DNA from: Eledone cirrhosa
Lineage: Eukaryota
Length of the DNA: 64,000 nt
Assembly (NCBI GenBank): GCA_964016885.1
Contig: OZ024742.1
Location: 194,990,001 to 195,054,000 of the forward strand
Reading direction: 5' to 3'
This document shows positions 39,601 to 53,651 of the stretch, one piece after another (the first letter of the stretch is position 1; each line of letters opens with the position of its first letter). Position numbers and translations under genes: made by a program. The notes beneath the pieces were generated by a model, which saw nothing but the letters and a program-made list of their open reading frames with translations, ran no database searches and was not told where the DNA came from.

Positions 39601-41072
39601 GAATATAGCCAGATTCGCCGGAATTTAGCAGTAACACTACCTATACAGTGAACTTTAATGGTGGCAGCGGCCTGCTCCCCACTCCGAGTAGCAAACTAAA
39701 AATCAACCCTAGAATAAGAATGAGAAATGGGATGACAAATCCCCAGGTAATAACAACTCTAGGAAGGCCCCTACCAACTCCACTAGAACCCCTAGAAGGA
39801 ATAGACCTAGAAATATCACCTGGCTTAACCCCCCATTCTCATCTAATCTAACCACTAATATCCCCAAACGCTTCTTCTCTATCCTACCTAAACCCCCCCC
39901 CCCCCCACCATAGATATTAAAAACTCTTTAATAAAAATAACATTAAAACCTCATTCTCCACAACACCTAACCTAACTAGCCACATCGCATTCAGTAACCA
40001 TCATAAGCTAAGACAGTATAACTCCCACACCGCGGTACCACCACCCCTATCAAATACACCACGCCACTACACCAATAATTACTCTAGTAGCACACCTACC
40101 CCATCTAATCCTTCTAGCACGGACCTACCGCTTAGGTTAAACTACCCTACTTTCACTAACCGCAGAAGCAACTGCAACTGCCGTTACCCCAATGCATGCC
40201 CATTAAATGGACACTGCCTGACACCCAACATAGTCTATAGGTGCACGGTTAAAACTGCTTCGCATACCAACTCTTATATCGGGTCTACCTCTAACCCTTT
40301 TAAGGTACGCTATAACGCGCACTCTTTTTCCTTCAGAGACCCTAGTAACAGATGTTCGACATCGCTAGCTAGGCTAATTAAAAACCTTAAATTAAACAAC
40401 GTTCAACACTAACAAAAATGGGATATCGTGGCTAGCGCCCAACCGTTCAATGGATGAAGAAAATCTTGTGATCTCTGTAGTACAGAAGCATATTACATAA
40501 CTCTATCACGACCTCTACCGATTAACGATAGAACAGAGCTAACTATTAGCTGTCAACATCGAAAGGCTAATTCCTTCGCCGCCTATAGAATATTTGACCC
40601 AACTTAGTCATCTAGCCCCATGTTTACTTGTAGCTAATAAGTTAAATTGCTATGAACAACTTAGATAATTATAAGTTACCACCCCTACATTGTCTCTCAA
40701 TTAAATTTTTTTTTAATTAGTACTTAACTATAAACAGCCACAATTTCTAACCTCTCGAGGAGTTACTTCCCCTGAAACCACCCTCTAATTAGTAAGGTAA
40801 ATATGTCCTTTGGCAGCCATCTTGTTACCCATAGGTAGATCTCACACAATGCAGCCTCGACAGATGAATACTGCTTGATATGGCTGACAACTGATGTAAC
40901 CATGACACCATAGTAAAAAACCAATATATGGAACATTATATTATGTAACATTCTCTCATTATTTTAATTTATATAACTTTGCCTTTCATCCTTACGGGGT
41001 CGATAAAATAAGTACCAGTAATGCACTGGGTAATTGCTGGCCTTGTTCCTAACGTAGAAACAATTATTTTAA

Positions 41073-41192
41073 GTTCTGATGAGCCGCTCTGTGTTTTAAA
41101 TATGTTAATTATTTTCAACTGAACCAGATCAATTATGATATATAGTCATCTGATCCAGAAATATTATATGGAGTAGCGAAACAATTGTAAAC
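41073..41192 (+). ncRNA. Hammerhead with long stem II insertion in the 3' end of the PLE
   Basis: GUU-CUGAUGA-GCCGCUC...GAGUAGC-GAAA-CAAUUG-UA^AAC; palindromic ACAAUUGU stem III; stem I only 3 bp. Confidence 0.6.
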
Positions 41193-41276
41193 GGACATTA
41201 TTATTATTAATATTATTATTATTATTCTCTACATTCCTTACATCAAACTAAAATATGTTGACAATCTTTTAATAAT

Positions 41277-41462
41277 TGTTTCTACTTTAGGCACAAGGCC
41301 AGCAATAACCCAGTGCATTACTGGTACTTTATTTTATCGACCCCGTAAGGATGAAAGGCAAAGTCAACCTCGGCGGGATTTGAACTCAGATCGTAAAGGG
41401 ACGTAACTATGCTGGAAAGCATGGCGTCCGACCCTCTACCGATACTGCCAATCCACCGCCAA
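41277..41462 (-). mobile_element. Full-length SINE with about 17-bp target-site duplication, inserted into the PLE 3' end
   Basis: tgacaatcttttaataa at 41260-41276 and 41463-41479. Confidence 0.88.
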
Positions 41463-41746
41463 TGACAATCTTTTAATAATGTCAATCTTTTAATAATTTC
41501 TTCCTTGTGAAATGTGTGGTCTTGTTTTGCTTAACTAATGAATATTTCCAGCTCTGCGCACCTAACTTCTGCATGAACCCAGCCACCTAGCTGCTTTCTA
41601 CTGCATATTGCACATTGAGCACATGCCTTTACGCTTTGGCTTCTAACTAATTCACCAATCTCTCCTCTCATATCTCTCCTCTCTCTTTAAGATTGGCTAC
41701 TCTTGAACTGTGTATATATATACATATATATATATACAACAACAAC

Positions 41747-41875
<129 letters not shown>

Positions 41876-42386
41876 CTTCTCTGAGTCCTTCTCTCTCTCT
41901 CTATTTATGAAGGTACCCGGAAAACCCCGTATCTCAGGAACCCATGCTCCGATTTACGCGAAATTTGTTTTATTCCTTTTGTATTCCCATTTCAGAGACA
42001 ACTTCCTTTCAAAGTATTTTCCCATTATGAGCCGGTTTGGCTGCATTACATTTCAGACAAGCTCACAATCACAGAGTTTTAGTAGTATATAGATGTACGA
42101 AGGAATATATATAATTTTTGCCCGGTATCCATATTCTTTGGTTAAATTATAATGTTACCTCGCGGAGCTATCTCTTCTTACATTCTCTACAGGTTATCTC
42201 CTGTTAAAGTATGATATGTTATTTTATATATGAATGTCATTCGGTGTAAATGTGTGTATATATGTAAATCAATATTTTATAATAAATGCTGGGATTTAAT
42301 CCTTGGAATCTTTCTTTGAGATTCTCTTTCTTTGAGGTGATAGGGCTTATGTTTCAGATATCCTCAAACATCAATAATTTTTAATG

Positions 42387-42429
<43 letters not shown>

Positions 42430-42518
42430 CTACACAACTTCACCTGTATCTATATCAATGGAAAGACGAGAAAAGTACAAAAGTTATAGCAAAGAAGACA
42501 CTAATCCTAACGACTTAC

Positions 42519-44042
42519 CTTGCTGAGTCTGTTCAAAACGTACGTAAAATCCTCTTCCATGTCCTTTGCTATCAGAGCGGAAAATAAACTTCAAATGGTC
42601 GGTGCCGAGGACCATGGGTGGTGGTAATTTCCTACCGGTGTAACGACGAAAGAAGCGTCCTTTGCTGCCATCAAAGAATGCGATCTCTAGAACATCTTTG
42701 TTAAATTCTAAATCTAAATCTTCAAACGTCACTTTGATACGATAACCAGGAGGAATCTGTACGTCCCACTGACAATGTTCGGAACTAGCATACGCATAAG
42801 GATAGCCTCGGTTGACAATCACCCCGTCGTTTGTCATTAATTTCATACTACATGAAGTTTGAGAATGATTTATAAAAATACCGAAATTATTGTCATTGTA
42901 AACGAATCGTGTCGTTTCTTTATGTGTGCTATCTTCAGCCATTTTCTTCGAGGACATATTATTTTCTGTTGTATTGTACGAAACATTACTATGTTTTAAA
43001 TTCCATATATTTGAAAGTGTTGGTGATACCATAGATATATTGACTTGACTAGATATATTAGTATTATTAAAATAGGTAAAGCTGTCGTTGCCATTAGGTT
43101 TCATCGAGTTTTTTAACAGCTTGGAGATCGTTGTTGCCGTTGGTGCTGTAGTAGAGGTGGTAGGCGTTGTTGATGTTGTAGTAGAGGTTGTGGATATTAC
43201 GGATGCTGTTGGTTTTGCAGTAGACGTTGTACGTGCTCTGGATGTTAACGATGATGATAATGATGATTGTGGTGGTGGTGATGGTGGTTGTGGTGGTGGT
43301 GGTGGTGATGATGATGATGATGATGATGATGATGAGGAGGAGGAGGAGGAGGAGGAGGAGGAGGAGGAGGAGGAGGAGGAGGAGACGGAGGTGGAGGGTG
43401 TTGATGATGATGATAATGATGATAAAGATGGTGACAATAATGATGATGGTGATGTTGATGATGCTAAAGATTGTATTGATGGTGATTGTATTGATGATGA
43501 TGATGATGATGATGAAGAAGAAGACGATAATGATGGTGATGGTGATGGGGATGATGGTGGTGACGTTAACGATGAAGATGATGATGATGAAGACGATAAT
43601 GATGGCGATGGTGATGCTGATGCTGATGATGGTGATGACGTTAACGATGAAGATGATGATGATGATGATGTCCACCAAGGTATCATTATCAATGACGATG
43701 AAACCAATGATGGCGATTGAGTACGTACGACGGCGGTAACGGGATAGAAAACGCTTCTTCTCGATTGTTCTGTCATTGCCAATCCTGTCCTTCTTGCTAA
43801 TAACGACGATGTTATTGTCATTGCTTTTGTTATTTCCATCGTTGCTGTTGTTGATATTGATATTGCTGCTCGTGGCCGTGGTGGTGGTAGAGGTTGTAGT
43901 TGCAGTGGTTGTAGTGGTAGCAGTGCTTGTAGCGGTGGTTTGACATCATTAGCAAACAAGCTATCCTGCGAGTTGTCATCATTCATCCTCAAATCGCTAC
44001 GAAACCATGCGGCAGATGAACTAAGATTTTTTGAGTAATTGC
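42519..44042 (-). CDS. Coding exon 2: Ser/Pro/Thr-rich low-complexity stalk plus complete CUB domain 1
   Basis: Acceptor ttctttctag|GC at 44043/44042; frame open for 1524 nt; CUB signature C...GYPYAY...CQWDVQIPPGYRIKVTFEDLDLE...D.LEI...FRSDSKGHGRGFYVRF; donor G|GTAAGT at 42519. Confidence 0.9.
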
Positions 44043-44057
44043 CTAGAAAGAATCACA

Positions 44058-46280
44058 GTAGTAATAATAATAATGCTTTCTTTATTAACCACAAGGGTTA
44101 ATACAAAGTATGACAGTACAGGACAATATAGGACAGTACAAATGGGTATTTCTGCGTGTAAAAAACAAAAACAGAGGATGTAACAAAAAAGAAACAAGGA
44201 ACAATTCCCCAATAGGGGAAGACTTCCGAGGGTCACTCGTGGAGAAAGCCCACTAAAAATGCCACGGTTACCCTGACCGCTAGGGCAAGCGCCCTCTTCC
44301 AGTTTTTCTCCTACGATGCTACAATCACAGGCTCAGCACACGCACACGGGCCGTTCTTGCCTCTCTCACCCACCTTTCAACAAACTGGCTGGCAGGCAGC
44401 ACTTCCCTCTCCATCCTGATTAAACCTTTTCAGATGAAAACTGAAAAAGTTAATGAGGGTGTCACCGAAGCGGAAAGTACCTGTCTTCAATTCTTTCAGA
44501 CCCATCCACCATACGACCTCTTTTACCATGGCCACCAGACAGATAAAAACTGCCTGCCCTTCCGGCGAAAGGAAGGCGGAAGGGCAATCCTCACGATAGA
44601 CTCAGCTGATAGTCAGATCCGTCATACATGCGAAAGCAGGTGTTCGACATAAACCCACAAGTCAGCAATGCTCGGACACTGGACGAGTGCATGGAAGACA
44701 GTTTCGGTTCCCTGAGCGCATCTCGGACAGGCCCGGCTGACGGCACTTCCATGCCTCTAGAGTTTATCCCGAACTGACAAAGCTCCTCGGGAGCACTGCC
44801 AAGCCAGGGATTTTTCGAAGTTGTCCATGGGTCCCGGTCCGAGAGTTCTCCTGAAGAGATTGGCTAGTTGATTTTTCGTTGACGCCCAGAGTCCCCCCAA
44901 GTACGTCGTCGCTCGTTCCCTCCACTAACACTCTATAGAACGCCAAGGTGGAGTTTCCGACGATCGCATTGCCCGATTGGTCGAGCGCTGTAAGCGCCTG
45001 AAGAAATTCCAGTCTACAAGCGCTCCCTCTCGGTCTTCTCTTGACCTAGGACTGCAGCTCCGTCAAGGAGACGAGCTGGGAAAACACGCGTCTAACAAAC
45101 GGCGACCACACCTAATAACCATCAAGAAAGAGGTGGAGATGCCGCTGCCCTAGCGCAGGTCTGCTCCCCATCAGCCACGGCATGCCCAGCCCTCCACGTA
45201 ACGGGTGTTTTACAGCAGATGGACCGCCTGACCATCGAAGTACGTCTCTTCCATAAAAAGCGAAAGACGAAACACTCCAGCGAGGTTTAGAACAAGGCAC
45301 GACGCTCAGTCGGTTGTAGGTGACAGTAGCGATGTACGCGTTCGCCACCTCCTCTCAACCTTTTGGGGATAACTTCCTCTCGGCCCATTTCTGGGTGAGA
45401 GGGGCCACCCTGCTCGTCACCTCGTTCCAGTTTGTGTCCGTCTAGAGGTCCGGACGGAACCAGACCCCTAGCAATTTAACCGATCAGTCCATCTAGCGCC
45501 CGACGACGCTGTTTGACAGCATGGACCTGCCTCTCTAGGTGGCGAACTGCAGCCCACCGACTTTTGCTGATTGATCATTGCTCCTGTCACCGCCTCGTTT
45601 TCTCTTAGTGTGTAGTGCTGATCGCCTTGATGCTTTTGGCGTTCGACACCACTACCGTGATGTCATCTGCATATGCTGACACGGTTCTTCCGCATCTCAG
45701 TTCGCGCGGGACCACCCTCAGCGTCTCCAGTTTGTGCAGTAATGGCTCGAGAGTCAATACGTACAAGAGGGACGAGAGGGGAAATATTTGGCGGACCGAG
45801 CGCATGATGTTTTACAGTTCCGAAAGGTGACCGTTCACTCTCACCACAGAGCAGATGTTGCTGTGCATGGCAGCGATCCAACCTCTGAAGAGGGGCCCAA
45901 AGCCAGCCGCCCTCAGGGCTGCCGCCAGATAACGATGGTTGACCCTATCGAAAACTTTCGACTGATCTAAATTGATCTAGGACCCACCGGTGTCAGGTTC
46001 CCTATCTACCCTCTCCACGATGTATCGCATGAGGTGGAGGTTCTCGTGGATGGATCTGTCTGGAAAGGCGCATGTCTGCGCCTCTGCCACCAGACAACCG
46101 ACGACAAACGCCAATCTCTTTGTTAGAACGTTGGCCAAAATCTTGAAATCTACGTTTCCAGAGTTATGGGCCTGAAATTACCTATATTGTCCCCCTTGAT
46201 CAGGTTCTTTCTCAGCAGCGCTACCGCTCCTCGGCTCACAGAGCTGGGAATTCTCCCGTTCTGCTGCCACTTGCAGTAAA
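44058..46280 (-). mobile_element. Decayed, 5'-truncated L1/Tx1-like LINE
   Basis: RP.TL.NVD.KILA, FDRV, LS.LLYVL.LEPL, SAYADDIT, CPRC...ET..H...C knuckle, AATAAA and (TTA)n tail; many stops and frameshifts. Confidence 0.8.
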
Positions 46281-47389
46281 AATAATTCTTTCTACTTTTG
46301 GCACAAGGCCAGAAATCACCCAGTACATTACTGGTACTTTATTTTATCGACTCCGTAAGGATGAAAGACAAAGTTAACCTCGGCGTTTTGATTTACACAC
46401 AAGGCCAGAGATTTTAGGGGAGGGGTAAACCGAGTTAACCTTGGTGGGATTTGAACTCAGACCATAAAGGGCCGTAACTCTTTACTGCAAAGCATGGCGT
46501 CCGACCCTCTACCGATACTGCCAAATGATAATAATAATAATAATAATAATAATTGTTTCTTCTTAGGTACAAGACCAGTAAATTACTGGTACTTTATTTT
46601 ATCGACCCCGTAAGGATGAAAGGCAAAGTTAACCTCGGCGGGATTTGAACTCAGACTGTAAAGGGACGTAACTATGCTAGAAAGCATGGCGTCCAACCCT
46701 CTACCGATACTGCCAATTCACCGCCCTTAATAATAATAATAATAATATATATAAATATATATATAAATATGTATATATATATATGTATACATATATATGT
46801 ATATATTTATTTTTGAGATTCGAAACCGATTCGGTAAAGGTAACTATAGTAAGTAAAGTCAATTTTTTAAAATTTATTTTGAAACTTTTTCATTATTTGC
46901 TAAACCCTGATTATATATGTTCTGGCTCGTTAATTTATTAACCTGCCATTGAACCACCTTGGCATATGGTTGGACAATACATGTGTCCCTTAGCGCTTTG
47001 TGCGTGTAAGAACACATATCCTATTATTACTATACTCCTCTATGTTGAGAAAAAATTTGGTCGTTCCTGCTGCTAGTGATAGTGGTGGCCGATTGACCTA
47101 CCTCCCTCTACTTCTATCTTTACTTTCGGCCCTTGAAAAAATTGATTCCACTTCATTTACTCTCATCTCGGGAACAGTTTTGGATAGCGCTAGTTCGTAA
47201 TTTAAATTCAATAATTTTATATTCTTCGAATGAAAAGAACCTTCTGACGAGAATCTTTCTTTGCAACGAAGGCCGTATGGTCTCCGTTTATTTTGAGATT
47301 CGAAACCGATTCGGTAAAGGTAACTATAGTAAGTAAAGTCAGTTTTTTTAAATTTATTTTGAAACTTTTTCTTTATTTGCTAAACCCTG

Positions 47390-47468
<79 letters not shown>

Positions 47469-48902
47469 ATACTTGGGGAGGGTCATATTTGTGTAATATT
47501 GCCAGAATTAATAACAGAACACACTCACTGTTTCGTTGGTTTATATATATATAAGATTAAAAGATGGTTAAAATAGTTCCATGTATTTCATTATGTTATG
47601 CGCATTTCAAAAATAAATATCATCATGGGATGATACTTGCGTACTCATCAGATAAAATAGGGAGACATGATATGATGTTTAAAAAACACTTGCGAGCAGT
47701 GAAGTGTTAAATCTACATATGAAAAATAAAATAAGATGGATATATGAGATTGGAAAAAAAGAAGGAAGGGGGAAGGAAAGTCCTTTCATATTACAATACA
47801 TAGAAACAAACTTAGACCCTAACTATTTCCTCTAAGTTCATAATTCATTTAATTTCTTCTTCATTCATTTATTCCGTGTGCTTACAAATGTTTCCACGAT
47901 GGTAATACAGCCTAGTTATGCTATGTGCAAATTTACAACTATTTGCAGAACTCAAATATCAAATGCTGTGACCACTGTATCATCAGAGCAAAATGGTTAA
48001 AATGTACAATGTAAATACCCTTAAGTGAGGTTATTAAAGTCCAACATTGTTTACCAATGCACGGTTGAATCGAACGACCAGAAATGGTATTACATCGGAT
48101 CTACCACCACCTCGTTTAAATCCGCTGGTAGCGTCATCGATTCTCAATCAAGCATCCTGATCACCGTTTTGTGACCACACTCGCCAACAAGACCTGACAA
48201 CTCCGTGAACGCAACCAACAGTTCACCTTAAAATGGGATATACTTTCCAGCGTAAGTGCATATCGGAGTGGATTGAAGTACTGTAGGTTGTGTAACCTTG
48301 AACTCTTTTACATATTAAAATCCAAAAATATACTACTTAACGATAGAATCGAACGATCATTATACTGCAACCACAAACTAAAATCTAAATTCTCTCACTA
48401 ACATAACATTCGAACCCGTAACTATAACATCGCTTTCTAGCTAACGACCTTCACTTCCCCCACACTACAAAACAATACCCTGCTTATCACTATAAATGGT
48501 AACTCAGTGCAATTCGCAGATTACTACTACAAACCCAAAGTTCACCCACCCCATAGACTTCGTCTGTCCCCTCTCTATCTCTCCCTCTATATCCATTCCA
48601 CTCTCTCTCTCTCTCGCCTTTGGCCTACCTCCCTCCCTCTCCACATCTATGAACCTGCCCTCTGGGGCAATAAATAATTCCAACCTTGACTATCAACGCA
48701 TCTCTCTAAAAGTAACCAGTATAATAAAACCCCTACCATAACATTTTGATTAAGATATCTACAAACCACTCTCTCCTATTTCTCCAACCCCTGCATATCT
48801 TTCTCTCTCTCTCCCTCTCCCCTACTTTTCTCTCTTCCTTTTCTACTCTATCTTCTCCAACAACCCCACTTAAGGGTATTTACATTGTACATTTTACCAT
48901 TC

Positions 48903-49014
48903 TGCTCTGAGGATACAGTGGTCACAGCATTGGATATTTGAGTTCTGCAAATAGTTGTAAATTTGCACATAGCATAACTAGGCTGTATTACCACCGTGGA
49001 AACATTTGTAAGCA
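48903..49014 (+). ncRNA. Hammerhead with about 85-nt branched stem II (mirror copy 47879-47990 on -)
   Basis: UGCU-CUGAGGA-UACAGUGGU...ACCACCGUG-GAAA-CAUUUG-UA^AGCA; the mirror copy has CUGAUGA. Confidence 0.7.
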
Positions 49015-49206
49015 CACGGAATAAATTACCTTTTTATGATATCTACCTGTTATTATTCATTCTTTATCTACACTCCGGAATACAGAAGGATCAGGAACTA
49101 AGTTTCTTCAACAATTCTTCCATAACTCGTTGAGTAACCCCTCACCGTACGTCAACCATATCCAGTGTAGTAATTAACCATTACCACATCTAGGATAATC
49201 CTATAC

Positions 49207-49245
<39 letters not shown>

Positions 49246-50084
49246 TACGTAGCAGTTGCAAGAGCGAGAGGGATTGTCCTGATGAGTACCAGTTCAGTTC
49301 GAAATGCATCGACGATTATCCCTCTTGCTTCTGCTGGACACCGTCAGGAGGCGGTGGCAGCAAGTGATTTTGCATAGCTACGTCTTTCTAAATGTTTAAT
49401 TATAAACCTACCGTATTTCTTTAGAAACACGAAAATCCATTACACACATATATATATATATAGGTTTATCCCGGGTTCAATCGGGGGTAACCACAGTAAG
49501 TAAGGTACTCAATACATAGCAGAGTATACATATTCAATATAGAATTGTCTTCTACAGGGCTAGAACTGATTCATTCGGGAGAAATCATCAGGAAGCCCTC
49601 ATGATATATATATACGTACATATAGAGAAGTACGCCAGTAGCCGAAGTGTATCATAACATATCTGTATGTATAAATCAGAGTGTGTAATCGAGACTGAAT
49701 CAACGTGTATAAATATATACATATATCTGATATGTAGGTATGTAAACATGTCAGAAAATACGACTTTCCCTGTAGATTGAAAAATGATAAACATCTTTAA
49801 TCAATTTTCATATCTAAATGGACCCTCATCAGAAGAAGTGTATATCATCCATTTCAGAAAAATACTAAGAGCTAATGGGTGTATAAACCCATCAAATATA
49901 TGGTCGACTAAATTTTTATACTGTTGTGCCCCATTATGGCCGCAGTATGATGATTGAATCCACTCCCAGTGGTTTAACCGCGCGGTACATGTATATACAT
50001 ACATACATACATACATACATACATACATACATACATACATACATACATACATACATACATACATACATACATACATACATACAT

Positions 50085-53000
50085 ACGAGGCTGAAATTCA
50101 TACATACATACAACGAGGCTGAAATTCATGACTCTACTGAAATTCATGACTCTACTGAACAAACAGAGCACCAAAAACTTGTGGGCACCCTACAAGTGAT
50201 ATGGAACGATATGTTTCAAGAGATACACAGCCTTAATGTGAGTGACAGACCATACAACACTAGAGTCAGTAAAGAACCCACTAAATTGGAATTGGAAGCG
50301 GTGAACGAAATAGCTGGCAATTATCTGAAGGCTATACGATCTAAAGGTGTAGAAACGACATTTGAAACGCTTAATGTTTTGTTATATGTTTCAGCTGTCA
50401 CATTGCTATCATATAACACACATCTAAAACCACGCAATCAAGATACAAACAGAAAGCCTGAACCAGCGTGGATGCGAAATTTAAAAACCAAAATTTTGTC
50501 CCTGAGACGAAGTATCTCACACATCGCAGTCGTTATGAAATGCAACATAGAGAGCAACTTCACACAACACCAGGAAGACCTAAAGAAAAAGTTAGAGAGA
50601 CGATTTGGAGATACAAAATTTAAAACTTTGAACTCCAAATTACACCAGTTGAAACAACAACTCACAGCTACAACAGAAAGACTAAAATATAAGTCAACAG
50701 CACATAAACGACATGTGCTAAATAGATTGTTTGCCAGAGATCCTAAATCAGTTTATCGCAGCTTCGGTGGCAAAAGCCCAATCCCTGTAAACGAGACCCC
50801 TTCAAAAGAACAGGTTGAGAGCTACTGGAGATCTGTATGGGAAACGGATGACGGATTCAACAGACAAGCTAATTGGCTAAAAGAACTGGAACAGGACTAC
50901 TGCCAACATGTCCAGACAAAACAATATGACATAGATGGGTCAATACTGGAAACAGCTCTACAGAAAATGTCGAATAGGAAATCACCAGGCCCAGACCTCA
51001 TTACAGGATACTGGTTGAAGAATTTCACTTTCTATCGGCAAGATCTCATACGGCTGTTTACAGAAACCATTAAGGGCACACAAGAACTGCCCAGATGGTT
51101 ATCAACTGCCACTACTCTCCTCATTCCCAAAAATAGCCAAACCACCCTTGCTAAAAATTACCGCCCAATTGCCTGCCAAAACATCATGTATAAATTATAT
51201 ACTGGGTGCCTTAACCTGTTCTTACAGGATCACTGTGCTACCAACAACATCATAACACCTGAGCAAGATGGTGGAAAGAGGGAGGTGTGGGGTTGCATAG
51301 ATCACCTACTAACTAACAAAATGATTCAGGAAAAAACAACAAAGAATCGCAGAAACATGACTGTCGTGTGGCTGGACAATCAAAAAGCATTTGATAGTGT
51401 ACCTCATGGGTGGATTATTAAGGCTTTACAGTTAGCTAAAGTCCCACAACCATTCGTAGCTGCTGTTGAACGCCTGACCAAGAACTGGTACACCAATTTG
51501 ATCCTTAGAGGTGAGAAGGAGCAAGTTAAGACTGATAAGATACATTACCAGAAGGGCATCTTTCAGGGTGATAGCTTGTCAGTGCTACTCTTCGTTCACT
51601 CACTGAATCCACTATCTTACCTACTCAGGAATCAAGGTGGACAAAGAAGTGGGCCCAGAAGTATCTCCCATCTTTTCTTTGTTGATGACCTGAAGTTGTA
51701 TGGGCCAAATATCAATGACATCAAGAAACAATTGGACCTCATTACACAATTTTCAACCGACATCAAAATGAAATTTGGTGAGTCCAAGTGTGCATATTTG
51801 GCAGTAAAACGTGGAAGAGTTGTGCCCTCCTCTAGAAATCTAGAGATGAACGGCCTGACAATACAACCTCTGCAGTCAGGTGACAACTACAAATATCTTG
51901 GACAGGATGAGAATGTCAGATATGATGGACCCATAAATAAGGAGAGAACCAGAACTGAATACCTCAGAAGAGTAAAGAAAATATGGTCATCAGAACTGTC
52001 AGCATACAACAAATACATTGCCCACAATACTTATGCTGTGCCAATTCTAACGCCAACATTTGGCCTGCTGAACTGGTCATTGCAAGAACTAAGTGAGATG
52101 GATGTTAGAACTCGAAAACTTCTCAGTGTTACTGGCAACTTTAACATCAATGGTGATGTGGATAGGCTATACTTCTCACGCAAGGAAGGTGGCCGGCGTC
52201 TAAAATCAATATTAACAACATATGAGACCCGGATAGTAACACTGAAGCAACACCTTCAACAAAGGAAAAAAGTTGGCAACCATCTTGCCCAGGTTTATGA
52301 GCATGAAAAAAGAAATATCATTAGAATAGCGACTGATCTGGAGGAGAGACATGGAATAAAGCCTGATATAAATCTCTCACCCAGAGAAATCGGAAGATCC
52401 TATTCAATGTTCAAACAAGATAAGAAAATTGACCAATTTACAGAAAAAGTTGTGCATGGATACTTGAGGCGTAAAACACAGACCATTGAGGGGATAAACC
52501 ACTCAAAAAGCCTGGCATGGAGTTCCGACAAGTTTATGACATCACACCTTGAGGGATATCTCTATGCAATACAGGAACAAGAACTTCCTACCAAATATCT
52601 GCTGCACAAAAGAGGAGGGCCAGCAGCTGACAATAAATGTAAGCTATGTAAAACAAAGATCGAGGATGTAAGCCACATTGTTGCCAGCTGCGAAAGAATG
52701 TCATCTCGCTACTACCTCCCCATGAGACACGATGGGATAGCTAGAACCATCTGGAACGCACTTCGGAAAACAAAATTAACAACAAACGAGGAAGAATATA
52801 TTGAGACAGATGGCACTAAGGAATACTGGTGGAACCTGAAAATAAAAACTGCCACCAAATTAAAGCACAACCGGCCTGATATTGTAGTTTGGGACCACAC
52901 ATTGAAAACGTGTTCTGTTGTGGAGATCAGCTGCCCACTTGATGTAAACGTTGTCAGAAAAATACAGGAGAAGGAGGACATCTACGGACCATTGATGAGG

Positions 53001-53303
53001 AGTTTACAAATCCAGTATCCAAGATACACCTTTAGCTTCATACCCATCATTATTGGTGCTACGGGTTATATACCAACCCGCTTGGACCAAAGTATGACTG
53101 AACTTGGATTTGCGGACAAAAAGCGCAGCTCCCTAATTCATAGTCTGCAAATAGCTGCGATAGCTGGCACCTTCAAAATTTGCAAAACATTCTTGCGATT
53201 CAAGGGATGACAATTTCTTTTCTTTTACAACCTTGCCACCAGGAAGGTGGCCGGTCAAAAAAATATACTCGAAATTAAGAGAAAGAGAAAACATACATAC
53301 ATA
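50085..53303 (+). mobile_element. Non-LTR retrotransposon with C-terminal restriction-like endonuclease (R4/Dong-like), single long ORF, probably 5'-truncated
   Basis: KSPGPD, LIPK, NYRPIAC, KAFDSV, GIFQGDSLS, LFFVDD; CKLC...HIVASC zinc knuckle; RHD; RPDIV...EISCP endonuclease; stop at 53210; (TACA)n at both ends. The first ~55 aa of the listed ORF are microsatellite read-through. Confidence 0.92.
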
Positions 53304-53651
53304 CTGTATGGCTGCCCCCTCATTATCAAGTATGGCTATTGCACGATATACCATTATTAATAATTATTAATTAATTCGATCGTGCAATGCTTGTGTGTGA
53401 AGATTTTTTTAAGTGAGGAAAGACTGTGCACTGAGCCAATACCCTCTCTGAGCGACAACAGCTATAACACGAAAAGAAGAAAAGATCAACATCACCCTCC
53501 TCACCAAGTAAACTTGGTGGGGGTTGCCCGTTTAGATGCGACATACATACATACATACATACATACATACATACATACATACATACATACATACATACAT
53601 ACATACATACATACATACATACATGCATGCATACATACATACATACATACA

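Larger units (their letters stand above)
36683..41545. mobile_element. Penelope-like (Naiad-like) insertion: + strand copy from about 38600 preceded by an inverted 3'-part copy (36683-38597)
   Basis: QFDIDSYYASI, MGSSDSAQITDLVG, GGIYSDD, CNCRYPNACPLNGHC, IVYRC...YIGST; 36988-38597 is the reverse complement of 39301-40942 and 36683-36805 matches 41198-41545. Confidence 0.92.

Noticed and set aside
43088-43739. Poly-Asp/Glu, poly-Met/Arg and poly-Ile ORFs
   Set aside because: Alternative frames of the trinucleotide repeats inside the CUB exon
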